Below are positions 9,820-19,237 of a stretch of DNA of 64,000 nt, piece after piece. A model generated the notes under the pieces. The model ran no database searches. It was given only the letters and a program-made list of their open reading frames with translations, and had not been told where the DNA came from. The DNA is from Candidatus Thorarchaeota archaeon (lineage in GTDB: Archaea; Asgardarchaeota; Thorarchaeia; Thorarchaeales; Thorarchaeaceae), in contig JAEORO010000069.1 in the NCBI GenBank assembly GCA_016840855.1, positions 17,825-81,824 of the forward strand, written 5' to 3'. The stretch's first letter is position 1, and each line of letters starts with the position of its first letter. Position numbers and translations under genes: made by a program.

Positions 9820-11382
9820 CTACTCTGGTGGTAGTTGTCCGAAGATTGCGGACATCTCGATGCCCTTGGCTTTGTTCTTAGCACCATAGTACATGTATGC
9901 CAGTTGACCAATCAGGTACACAATGACTGTGAACCAGACCTCAAACTGAACAGTGGGATCTGGTACGTAGGCAATCAATGCATAGAAGAATGCTGCGCCT
10001 GAAATCAGACCAGCAAGCGAAACTAATGGAATGCCAAGGAATTTCCATGCACCACTCCGCTCCCACAATGTTGGCCTATAGTATGGCAGTGAAACTGCAG
10101 CCAATGCCATTTGCCATCTGATGAAGACATAGGTGAAAGCCACGCCTATCAGAGAAGCCAAGGCTGTGCCAAAGAAGGCTTGTAGGATTGTTGCGTATAG
10201 GACTGTACCTAGCGATAGAATCAACCAGAACCACAGTGTGATGTGTGGCACATGGTACTTCGGGTGGACTCTTGCGAATGCCTCTGGGCAGAACCTGTCC
10301 ATAGCCATCGAGTGCATTGGTCGGGTCACCCACAGCGCATTGCTTGGTGAGTCTAAGACACTAGCAAAGATTGGGCACAGGATCACGAACCAGGCAATTG
10401 GATTGGCTCCTAGCGCTATTGCTGCGTAGTTACCAAATCCTGGGAAGAACCCAGTGACACCATTTGCGAGGTTGATACCATAGAGGTTGTTACCCATGCT
10501 GGCCTGAACTGCGAATGCAGATAGCAAGAAGAAGCCGGCAATGCCAGCCCAACCACCAACGTTGCTAAGCGGAATGTTCCTGCTTGGCTGTGAAACCTCA
10601 CCTGCAACTGGCATAATCAGATAGGGCCACATTCCTCCAACTGTCAGAATGAGAGCACCACCAATTGCGCCAGGGTTGAAGTCTATGTAGTTGACTGGTG
10701 TAGACGGGTTAAATGCACCCGGACCAGCAGCCCAAGCGCCAGTACCAAATACACCATCCCATACAGTCTGGTTTATTGGGCTCGCAATTAGGACTAGGTC
10801 AGCAACCAGTAGAGCTACTATGTTAATGATACCTAAGATTATAACGAACCATCCCAGCCATTTGACACTGAGATAGCTGAAGATGAATCCAACAAAAATC
10901 ATCAACGCAGCAGCCACGAACAACCAGATTACGTTACCCTGAAGTTCTTGCGCGAAGGATACTAGGCCTGCGTTTCCGGTAGCCCATCCAATGACGACAA
11001 GTCCGCCAGCGAAAATTTGTACAGCAAAAAAGCTTCCAGTGCCTCTAAAGACTGGGTTGGTAATCACGCTTCGCCAGCCTTCCATTACACCAAATATAGG
11101 GCTCAGACCACGTCCGGTGAAGTGGTATGATGCACCAGACCTTGGCATCGCGAGCATCAGACACATCAGTGAAATTGCTTCAAAGAATACAATGCCTGAA
11201 CCGATGGCATACATCGGTAACAGATGCGCGCCGGGATACCAGGATGAAACCTGTGGTCCAAAGTAGTGGAACCAAGGTCCTAGTGTTAGTGCTATTGGAA
11301 GAAGAAGAGCGAAACCGGTACCTACTTCCTTTACAAGGCCGGAGCTCTCTCGCACGAAGAGGAGCTTTTCTTCCTCACTCAA
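9820..11382 (-). CDS. APC-family amino acid/amine permease
   Basis: N-terminal LFVRESSGLVKE, MPRSG..Y, AGEV..PSRNIP, R.M.SMAMDR..P..FARVHPKYHVP, C-terminal F.QLPPE; about 12 TMs; TTG start. Confidence 0.9.
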   Translation of the reverse strand: MSEEEKLLFVRESSGLVKEVGTGFALLLPIALTLGPWFHYFGPQVSSWYPGAHLLPMYAIGSGIVFFEAISLMCLMLAMPRSGASYHFTGRGLSPIFGVMEGWRSVITNPVFRGTGSFFAVQIFAGGLVVIGWATGNAGLVSFAQELQGNVIWLFVAAALMIFVGFIFSYLSVKWLGWFVIILGIINIVALLVADLVLIASPINQTVWDGVFGTGAWAAGPGAFNPSTPVNYIDFNPGAIGGALILTVGGMWPYLIMPVAGEVSQPSRNIPLSNVGGWAGIAGFFLLSAFAVQASMGNNLYGINLANGVTGFFPGFGNYAAIALGANPIAWFVILCPIFASVLDSPSNALWVTRPMHSMAMDRFCPEAFARVHPKYHVPHITLWFWLILSLGTVLYATILQAFFGTALASLIGVAFTYVFIRWQMALAAVSLPYYRPTLWERSGAWKFLGIPLVSLAGLISGAAFFYALIAYVPDPTVQFEVWFTVIVYLIGQLAYMYYGAKNKAKGIEMSAIFGQLPPE

Positions 11383-11563
11383 TTTGCGTTGTTCTCCTTT
11401 TTTTCTCTCTCACGACAAGAAAACGAATCGTTATCGTGATAATGTTTTAGGGGTGTACGCTGATATTTAAACTAAAGGGTATCATTTTTTGAGACTTTAA
11501 TATCGACTTTAATATTATTAGCTCCTATTCAATACGGCATTTGTCGGAGTGCTCAAAATACTA

Positions 11564-12343
11564 TCACGAGTGTCGAAGTCTCTTAAAGAAATCCTGATCT
11601 AGAAGGAGCACCTCGACATTCTTTGTACGAACACCAGTACGACTCTCTAGAAGGACATTCAAAATGATTTCAATATCCATTATGTGAACCGGCGGGACTG
11701 AGACCTTCATGTCTTTAGTGGCATATCCCAGTGCTTCCTGTTTCCCTTCATTTGTGACAATGCCATTTGTAATTAGAACACCCTGATTTGCTTGATGAGT
11801 TGGAAGAGACCCTCTAATCTCGCGAATGAGGTCAGCCCCAATCCTCTCGTCAAAGTCGCACTTCTTGGCGTATACAACAACAGGAGACCTACCACCATCA
11901 TCTCGCCATGATGTTAGAAGCACAACGGTTTCATTATGTGTATCAACCTCTTCAGCCTCCTCTACACAGGCTCGAATGTTAAGAAGAACAATTCTTGCGA
12001 GATCGTTAAATCCTTCTAAATCGAGTCGAGCAATCTCATGTCTCATCTCTCTGCGAGTTGCACGATTAAAGTCATCAGCACGAGCTCGCACTTCAGCAAT
12101 TAATTCCTCGTCCACTGCTCCTTCGCAAAGGTCGTTATACTGATATAGTCCAGGTCCTGTACGTAGGAAATACGCAGGCCGATTATCTTCCTGTGCTTGT
12201 TTGCCTTCAATGGAGAGGGATGCTGAAACTGAGGCAGGATCACGTGCCAATGCTTCTGCAATCTTCTTATAATGAACTGGCTCAGCCCTAGCATGTTGTG
12301 CGAGCCATTCTCTGAGGGTAAGTTTTGATATCTTATCTGCCAA
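11564..12343 (-). CDS. Winged-helix (HARE-HTH-like) plus Mrr-type restriction-endonuclease-fold protein
   Basis: N-terminal PVHYKKIAE...SVSASLS...F.RTGPGLY; C-terminal VYAKK...IGADLIREIRGSL...ANQGVLITNG..T..G..EA. Confidence 0.7.
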   Translation of the reverse strand: MADKISKLTLREWLAQHARAEPVHYKKIAEALARDPASVSASLSIEGKQAQEDNRPAYFLRTGPGLYQYNDLCEGAVDEELIAEVRARADDFNRATRREMRHEIARLDLEGFNDLARIVLLNIRACVEEAEEVDTHNETVVLLTSWRDDGGRSPVVVYAKKCDFDERIGADLIREIRGSLPTHQANQGVLITNGIVTNEGKQEALGYATKDMKVSVPPVHIMDIEIILNVLLESRTGVRTKNVEVLLLDQDFFKRLRHS

Positions 12344-12566
12344 TTTCTATCGCAACCGATGCTGTCGTTAGCTTTTTTGACTACCCACTATTGTTGGGCG
12401 TATCCTTGTTATCAAGGTGAAATCAAGGTGATGTCTGGTAACATCCCCTTTATGACATTTGTCCCGCCCCGTGGCTATGGTGGGCATTCCTGTTGATTTT
12501 TGTATTTATATGGGTAAATTTAAACTTTAAGACTGTATTAAGAATTATGAGTGTGGATAAAAGAAA

Positions 12567-12857
12567 TTGACAACAGTTTTCGTGAAGCTCATGAACAAAG
12601 GGTTGAAGCATTCAGAACATGATAAGTTCTCATTTGAAACAGGTGAGGATTCAACTGTTCGTGATTTAATTGATGAGCTCCATGAAGAGTATGGAGAAAG
12701 ATTCGAAGTTTATCTGGAAGACAAGGAGAAGCGAATCCTTAGAAGAGACACAGTTGTCATTGTCAATGGTATGAACATGGTTGCGCGAAAAGGAGAGAAA
12801 ACAAAACTCTCCAAAGGTGATCTGATTGTTTTTATGATTGCAGCTGTTGGTGGCTAA
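12567..12857 (+). CDS. MoaD/ThiS/SAMP ubiquitin-like sulfur carrier
   Basis: 96 aa; TV.DLI..L, VIVNG, T.L..GD.I, C-terminal AVGG. Confidence 0.9.
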   Translation: MTTVFVKLMNKGLKHSEHDKFSFETGEDSTVRDLIDELHEEYGERFEVYLEDKEKRILRRDTVVIVNGMNMVARKGEKTKLSKGDLIVFMIAAVGG

Positions 12858-12887
12858 AAGAGAGGAGAAGGTGTTTCCCATCCTCAA

Positions 12888-14084
12888 TTAGTCTTCAGGG
12901 AAATAGTCAGATTCGAGAATTTCAGGATTAACAATACCAGCAGATACAGCCATTATTTCAGCAACATCCAAGACCCTGATATCCAAGTCAGCTTCATACA
13001 TACCATGTGTCAGATTCATCTCGCAAGCTGGACAGATGGTCGTCATTAACTCAGCATTAGTACCAACAAAATCTCTGATTCGTTCGTCTGATACCTTCTG
13101 AGAGTAATCAGGAAACATGATTTTGCATCCTCCACCACCGCCGCAACAGAATGCATGCTCACGATTTCTTGACATCTCAATGAATTCCAAACCAGGGATT
13201 GATTCGAGAACTTTTCGTGGTGAATCGTAGATATCTCGATAACGTCCTATCTCGCATGGGTCGTGATAGGTGACTTTCTTCGTAACTGAATTCTTGAATT
13301 TCAGCTTCTTTTGTTCAACAATCTCAAGCAATACTTCACTAGTATGACGTACCTTAATTGGTAACTTATCCAAACCTAGAAGATGAGGATACTCCTCGTC
13401 AAATGCTCTAAAGCAACTAGGACAAGGAGTTATGATTTCATTAACTCCACGATCCTGCAATTTCTTCAAGTATGCTTTTGCATACTTCTTTGCATCTTTC
13501 ATGATTCCTGTTACCCAATAGGGGGTACCGCAGCATTTCTGATCATCACCTAAGAAATCTAAATCATACCCAGCAGCTTGAAGCAACCGTACAAGGATGT
13601 TTGTTTTCTCCTTGAAACGATGACTAGCTAGGCATCCCGGATAAAACAAAGTCCCTGATCCTTTGTTGAATTCAAGTCCTGCAGTCCACTTGGTATGTTC
13701 CTTGACAGAGTCTGCAAAGATGTTACCTGACGATGTGACTGTTTCAGCCATATTTGTTCCAGCTTCAGGGATTTTTATTCCTTGGTTTATGAAGTCCTGC
13801 CGCATAGCCTTTGTAATCTCAATTACATCAATTTGAGCTGCTTTCTTACACTCCTCTCTACACCTTCCACACATAAAGCATCCAAAGATTCTTTCTGCAA
13901 GTTCTTCAGAATATTCCAGCTTACCCTCAAGAATTGACCGGGCAATCGCCATTCTACCTCTTGCTGTAGAAGACTCCCAGCGCTGTGTGAAAATTTCAGG
14001 ACATCGGTCATTGTAATCGAATCCACGGCAGAACTCACATCTCCCGCAAGCATAGATCATGTCTTTGTATTGCTCAATTTTCAT
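12888..14084 (-). CDS. Fe-S oxidoreductase (GlcF/HdrD-like: two 4Fe-4S sites plus two CCG domains)
   Basis: CGRCEFC...CP, CFMCGRCREEC, YPGC, CCG, CPSC, YHDPC, CCGGGGG, CPAC. Confidence 0.9.
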   Translation of the reverse strand: MKIEQYKDMIYACGRCEFCRGFDYNDRCPEIFTQRWESSTARGRMAIARSILEGKLEYSEELAERIFGCFMCGRCREECKKAAQIDVIEITKAMRQDFINQGIKIPEAGTNMAETVTSSGNIFADSVKEHTKWTAGLEFNKGSGTLFYPGCLASHRFKEKTNILVRLLQAAGYDLDFLGDDQKCCGTPYWVTGIMKDAKKYAKAYLKKLQDRGVNEIITPCPSCFRAFDEEYPHLLGLDKLPIKVRHTSEVLLEIVEQKKLKFKNSVTKKVTYHDPCEIGRYRDIYDSPRKVLESIPGLEFIEMSRNREHAFCCGGGGGCKIMFPDYSQKVSDERIRDFVGTNAELMTTICPACEMNLTHGMYEADLDIRVLDVAEIMAVSAGIVNPEILESDYFPED

Positions 14085-15484
14085 TGCAGTTCTTCCTCCG
14101 GAATGAAAATTCCACGTTGCAAGATATTCTTTGGATCCAATGTCTTCTTTAGTGTCTTAAGAAGCCTGTAGTATCCTGTGTTTCGCTCAGCGACGAAGCT
14201 TCGAAGACCGTCCCGTCCACCAATTCCATAAGGAACAACTGGACCATTGAGAGTTATTTCATCAATCTCATGTGCTATCTTCACTAGCTCTTTCCATTCT
14301 TCTGGCTCCTTGTAATTAGTCACCATGAAGGCTAACCAATCCCTTGGTAGAATCTGTCCCCCAAAACCCGCTTTCGTGTATCCTCTTTTCTCTATGAGTT
14401 CCTCTTTCCAAATTCTATACAAGAAGGTTATATCATCAATTCGAAGAGATCCTGCTCCAAAGAAGTGCCAGACACCTGTGTTGAAAAGGTCTGTTAGTCC
14501 CGTCAAAATTCTACCAAAATAATCATCAGCTGGAGCGCGATCGCCTATTTCTCCACCAAGCTCATTGATTTTCGCTATTATCATCTTCTTCCGATGGTCA
14601 ACAATTTCCTGCTCGTAACCGAAAATATCCATCATTAAGAAGAGCACTTCAGGTGCTGTTGGAGCAACCCAGAGGTATATGCCTTGCATGTACTCATCAC
14701 CTACATGCTGGTTGATGAAGTGACCAAACTCAATAACATCATCAAGTGTCTTCATTGTGGCGGTTAACCGCTCTGAGATATCAGTGGTTGGTCGAACTCG
14801 CAAGGTTAATTCAGTACAGACTCCAAGAATTCCTTCTGCACCAATGAACATACCAGCGAGATCAGGACCGAGACATTGACGCTTGAATTTACCTGCACTT
14901 GGCCATGCTGCTGACCCAGTTTCTACTACATCTCCATTTGGCAAGACCATCTCCAAAGAGATGATATCTTGGTTGCCATGGAAGCCAAACTTAGCTGTGG
15001 AATGAGGTCCACCTCCTGCCTTCATGACCGACCCACCAACAGTCATTGCAGGACCTCCAGCTTCACTACAAAGATATGTGAGTCCCTGCTTTCTCAACTC
15101 TCGGTCTAATTTCGCCCATGTGCAGTTGGGTTGCACTGTTGCTACAAGGTCTCTCGTATTGATTTCAATGACCTTATTCAAGCGTCCCATATCAAGCATA
15201 ATTCCAGGTTCTTGCGGGAGATAGGCATCCCAATGAGAAGTGCCTCCCCCACGTATGTATACCGGAATTTCATGACTGTTTGCAATCTTTAGAATGGTTT
15301 GAATCTCTTCTCTAGATTCGGGTAGGACAACATGAGTTGGTATTTTCTGCGCTGCAGGGCTAAGGTCACGACTATATGGAATCAGGTCGAACTTTTTATC
15401 GGTGACTCGATTCGGACCTACAACCTCTTGAAGAAGGCTTGTAACCTTCTTAATATCGACCATCATGAATCGCTCCAATGACAC
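14081..15484 (-). CDS. FAD-binding oxidoreductase (GlcD/D-lactate dehydrogenase, VAO superfamily)
   Basis: RGGGTS, LEMVLPNG, GPDL.GMFIGAEG.LGV.T, K..LDP.NIL. Likely start near 15466; 4-nt overlap with the Fe-S gene. Confidence 0.9.
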   Translation of the reverse strand: MSLERFMMVDIKKVTSLLQEVVGPNRVTDKKFDLIPYSRDLSPAAQKIPTHVVLPESREEIQTILKIANSHEIPVYIRGGGTSHWDAYLPQEPGIMLDMGRLNKVIEINTRDLVATVQPNCTWAKLDRELRKQGLTYLCSEAGGPAMTVGGSVMKAGGGPHSTAKFGFHGNQDIISLEMVLPNGDVVETGSAAWPSAGKFKRQCLGPDLAGMFIGAEGILGVCTELTLRVRPTTDISERLTATMKTLDDVIEFGHFINQHVGDEYMQGIYLWVAPTAPEVLFLMMDIFGYEQEIVDHRKKMIIAKINELGGEIGDRAPADDYFGRILTGLTDLFNTGVWHFFGAGSLRIDDITFLYRIWKEELIEKRGYTKAGFGGQILPRDWLAFMVTNYKEPEEWKELVKIAHEIDEITLNGPVVPYGIGGRDGLRSFVAERNTGYYRLLKTLKKTLDPKNILQRGIFIPEEELQ

Positions 15485-15584
15485 CAGAATAGTATAAGAT
15501 GTCCAGAGTAGTGCCCACCGATTAATTAAAGACTACGGTCTGAACCCGATTTAAGAAGAGATTAGAAAAATTAGAGGAATAGGA

Positions 15585-16718
15585 ATGAACATGAAACCTA
15601 GGGAGAGATTTCATGCTGCTGTTAATCATGAAGAGCCTGATCGAGTACCGATGGACTATTGGACAACTCCACAAGCATATGAGAACTTACGGGATTATTT
15701 AGCCATAACTGCTCCAGAAACACAAGAATGGGGAATAATGGCTACATGGAAAACATCGGAAGAGCTATTGAAACGTCTTAATGTTGATTTTAGACGAGTA
15801 TACATGAAATCCTCAGCTAGTTTTGCACCTCAGCCACTTCCAGATGGGTCTATTGAAATTGAGTTCAAATGCGGTATGAAAGTAATAGGAGGTTACAACG
15901 AAGTCACCTACTATCCTTGGGCTGATTTTACGGAAGTTGAACAAATCGAGGATTTTGATTGGATTGATCCAGATGATCCATCAAGATTGGATGGAGTTAG
16001 GGATTGGGCTGAATATCTACATGAGAGAACAGATTATGCAGTTGTAGGAATGGTTGGAGGGCCTTGGGGTGTTTTCGAGATTGTGGCTCATTATATGCGA
16101 GGGTTTGACAAGTTCCTAATCGACCTGCTAAGAAGACCAAACCTAGCGGATGCAATGATGGAGAAGAGCATGAAACTTGCCTTAGAGATGAATCGAGTCT
16201 TCTTGGATGAAGTTGGAGAGTATTTAGACATCGTGCAAGTTGGGGATGATCTTGGACATCAAGATGGTCTTCTCATAAGTCCAAGAGTATACAGAAAAAT
16301 GGTAAAACACAGACACAAGAGAATCTATAGTGATATTCATAAAAGAGCGCCTCACGTGAAAATTCTGTATCACTCGTGTGGTGCAATCGAGCCTATGATA
16401 GAAGACCTTCTTGAAGTTGATGTTGACATCTTGAATCCGATTCAGCCACTTGCAAAGGGAATGGATTCTGTTGAACTCAAGAAGAAATATGGGGATAGGC
16501 TAACATTTCATGGAGGGATAGATCTACAACACGCTATGTCAGCTCAAGGTACAGTCAACGATGTGCGAGCAGAGGTTGATAGACGAATAAAAGCGTTAGC
16601 ACCTGGAGGCGGCTACATACTCGCGCCTGCACATAACATACAACCAGAATCGACTCCAGAAAAAATCCTTGAGCTCTATGACTACGCATCTAAGAAAGGT
16701 GTGTATCATTTACGTTGA
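15585..16718 (+). CDS. Uroporphyrinogen decarboxylase / MtaA-CmuA methyltransferase-family protein
   Basis: PRERF...HEEPDRVP, MRGFD, GDDLG.Q, YHSCGAI, LNPIQP, FHGGID.Q, GGGYIL.PAHNIQ. Confidence 0.9.
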   Translation: MNMKPRERFHAAVNHEEPDRVPMDYWTTPQAYENLRDYLAITAPETQEWGIMATWKTSEELLKRLNVDFRRVYMKSSASFAPQPLPDGSIEIEFKCGMKVIGGYNEVTYYPWADFTEVEQIEDFDWIDPDDPSRLDGVRDWAEYLHERTDYAVVGMVGGPWGVFEIVAHYMRGFDKFLIDLLRRPNLADAMMEKSMKLALEMNRVFLDEVGEYLDIVQVGDDLGHQDGLLISPRVYRKMVKHRHKRIYSDIHKRAPHVKILYHSCGAIEPMIEDLLEVDVDILNPIQPLAKGMDSVELKKKYGDRLTFHGGIDLQHAMSAQGTVNDVRAEVDRRIKALAPGGGYILAPAHNIQPESTPEKILELYDYASKKGVYHLR

Positions 16719-16724
16719 GTAGAG

Positions 16725-17393
16725 CTAAGGGATTGGTCGCTCTTTGTGAAGGTCATGAGGGTCTTTTCCTTCATCTAATTTTTCAGACCACCACTTATCA
16801 GTCCCCACAACTGCTTCTGCGTGTCTTAAAACATCCTCAATTCGACTAGCTGGAATCACAATAATTCCATCACCATCTCCAAATACTAAATCTCCTGGAT
16901 TCACAGTGACTCCACCGCAGACTATAGGACTTTGGACCGACTCCATATCTAAACGGCCTCTCATTGTACCGGGATGACGACCGCGGGCAAAAACTGGGAA
17001 ATTTAATTTATCAATATCATAGATATCTCGGGAGGTGCCATCAACAACTGCTCCGCGAACACCTCGCTTTAAACCAATCTTCGTTAATATCTGCCCCCAT
17101 GCTGAGCAATCATTTGCGCCAGCCATGTCAATAACAAGAATGTCACCATCTGAGGCTTCGGTCCCCAGACTCATGAATACATCAAGTTGATTCTCGTCAT
17201 ATGGTCGATTCGCAGGAGCGCGTTTTAGTTTCCCAGTTCGTGCGAATCCAGCCATTCGGTTATTTTTTGTTAGAGGTGTAATTCCTCTGTCCATGCATAC
17301 CTGTCCAAGTCCAACCTCATCTGCAGCATCTGAAAGAGCTGCAACATAGAGTTTCATTGTACGTTTGATAATTAAAATTCTATCAGTCGTCAT
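16725..17393 (-). CDS. RraA / HMG-CHA aldolase family protein
   Basis: SDA, AWG...T, GAVVDG..RD, FPVFARG, GGV.V.PGDLVFGDGDGIIVIP; start adjusted to the ATG at 17393. Confidence 0.85.
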   Translation of the reverse strand: MTTDRILIIKRTMKLYVAALSDAADEVGLGQVCMDRGITPLTKNNRMAGFARTGKLKRAPANRPYDENQLDVFMSLGTEASDGDILVIDMAGANDCSAWGQILTKIGLKRGVRGAVVDGTSRDIYDIDKLNFPVFARGRHPGTMRGRLDMESVQSPIVCGGVTVNPGDLVFGDGDGIIVIPASRIEDVLRHAEAVVGTDKWWSEKLDEGKDPHDLHKERPIP

Positions 17394-17398
17394 AGAAG

Positions 17399-17872
17399 TC
17401 ACTTCCTTTCCCAACGATAAATGCAGAAATCATCGCCACGCATCATGCACTTGGGCAATGACATCGACACATTAGGATCAATAGCTTGACCAATTCCCTC
17501 GTCTATTTTAGTTACATGCTCGCATATATCCAGACTAGCTCCTCGCGCCTTGAAGGATTCTATCCATGGACAATACGTGACCTTCAAATCAAAACGTTTG
17601 GCAGTCTGATTTTCTACAGAGAGTTCAAATCCAAAGTAAGGATAGCTTCCATGAAAGAACTCGAAAATGGATTGTAGGTCACCTTTTCTCAGAGTGCCAT
17701 TCTTGATTCCAGCATTACCAAGCTCCAAACCATGAAGACGATTGACCTCCCCAATCTCTTTCAATCCTTCATCACCCATCAGTCGGCGGATCGTTTCAAC
17801 ATAGATTACATGTGTATCTGCAAGAGTGTTCATGTTGGTTTTTCGAACTTCCTCGGCACTTGGATTGGACAT
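17399..17872 (-). CDS. V4R-like / L-2-amino-thiazoline-4-carboxylate hydrolase-family small protein
   Basis: V.YCPW...ICE...D......P......KCMMRGDDFC.Y four-Cys pattern. Confidence 0.75.
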   Translation of the reverse strand: MSNPSAEEVRKTNMNTLADTHVIYVETIRRLMGDEGLKEIGEVNRLHGLELGNAGIKNGTLRKGDLQSIFEFFHGSYPYFGFELSVENQTAKRFDLKVTYCPWIESFKARGASLDICEHVTKIDEGIGQAIDPNVSMSLPKCMMRGDDFCIYRWERK

Positions 17873-18018
17873 AGTTAAGCACAAACCTTACTGAGTTGGA
17901 TGATTAATTACCAGATGTAACTTAAAACTTCTCTGAAGTACATGATGATTTTTCTTAAAGTATGATGGTCCATTAGATAGGTTATATAAACTAGGAATAT
18001 TCTCGCAGCATCAGAAGG

Positions 18019-19188
18019 GTGACACCTATGCTTGCTGAGAGAAATATAGATGTTCCAGCTAGTGAAATCCGTAAAATCTTCAACATGATTATTGGAAGAA
18101 CTGATGTCTTTGACATGACTGTTGGCATACCTGATTTCGACACACCTGAACACATCAAGGAAGCTGCAAAGAAAGCTATAGACGATGGATTTACTAGGTA
18201 CACTCACAATGCAGGTTATATAGAGGTTAGAGAAGCACTTGCGCAGAAACTCAAGCGAGACAATAATATCGAAGCAGATCCAGTTAGTGAAATGGTACTA
18301 ACCGCTGGAGGTATGGGGGCACTCGTTCTAGCTAATTTGGTGATGATAAATCCTGGTGATGAGGTGATTTATCCTGATCCTGGTTTTGTAAGTCATTACG
18401 CTCACATAAAGCTAGCAGGAGGTATACCAATCCCCATACAATTGAAGAAGGAAAATAGGTTTGGTCTTTTGTCGGAGGATGTAGAACACAAAATTACTCC
18501 TAAGACGAAAATGATTGTTCTTAACTCACCCAACAATCCAACTGGTGGAGTCACTCCCAATAGTGAATTGAAAAGAATTGCTGAACTATGTATTGAGAAT
18601 GACATCTATGTCATAGCTGACGAAGCATACGAGAAGTTTAGATATGTAGATGAAGAACCACTGTTCATCGGTTCTCTGCCAGAAATGAAAGAGAGGACAG
18701 TTTCGATATTTTCGCTTTCTAAAACATATGCAATGACAGGCTGGCGAATAGCTGTGGCTACAGGATCCAGTGAGATTATCGGTGCTATGACCAAACTACA
18801 AGAACATGTAATCGCAATGCCGACTTCAATTGCACAAAAAGCTGCAGCAGCAGCGGCTGTTGGCCCTCAAGACTGCGTGGCTGATATGCTCAAAACATTT
18901 CGAAAACGACGAGACCTTATTACTAAGGGATTAAACGATATTGAGGGAGTTGAAATAGCTCCTCCTGGAGGCGCATTCTACGCATTCCCAGATGTTTCTG
19001 CGTATGGCGTGAAATCATATGATCTTGTTCACAAAATTCTGAATGAAACCAATGTTGTTACAATCCATGGAACAGCTTTTGGAAAATACGGTGAGGGATT
19101 TCTCAGACTTTGCTATGCAGTTTCAACAGAGAGAATTAATGAGGCTCTCAGTAGATTGGATAGCTATTTACCAAAATTGCTGCATTAG
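18019..19188 (+). CDS. Class I/II PLP-dependent aminotransferase (AspB-like)
   Basis: G.PDFDTP, YT..AG..E.R, NSPNNPTG, DEAYE, SLSKTYAMTGWR, GAFY, G.AFG..GEG.LRLCYA. Confidence 0.92.
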   Translation: MTPMLAERNIDVPASEIRKIFNMIIGRTDVFDMTVGIPDFDTPEHIKEAAKKAIDDGFTRYTHNAGYIEVREALAQKLKRDNNIEADPVSEMVLTAGGMGALVLANLVMINPGDEVIYPDPGFVSHYAHIKLAGGIPIPIQLKKENRFGLLSEDVEHKITPKTKMIVLNSPNNPTGGVTPNSELKRIAELCIENDIYVIADEAYEKFRYVDEEPLFIGSLPEMKERTVSIFSLSKTYAMTGWRIAVATGSSEIIGAMTKLQEHVIAMPTSIAQKAAAAAAVGPQDCVADMLKTFRKRRDLITKGLNDIEGVEIAPPGGAFYAFPDVSAYGVKSYDLVHKILNETNVVTIHGTAFGKYGEGFLRLCYAVSTERINEALSRLDSYLPKLLH

Positions 19189-19237
19189 ATATACCAGATG
19201 CGAAAAGTAATGAACAGAAAAATCGGTAGTTTGAGAG

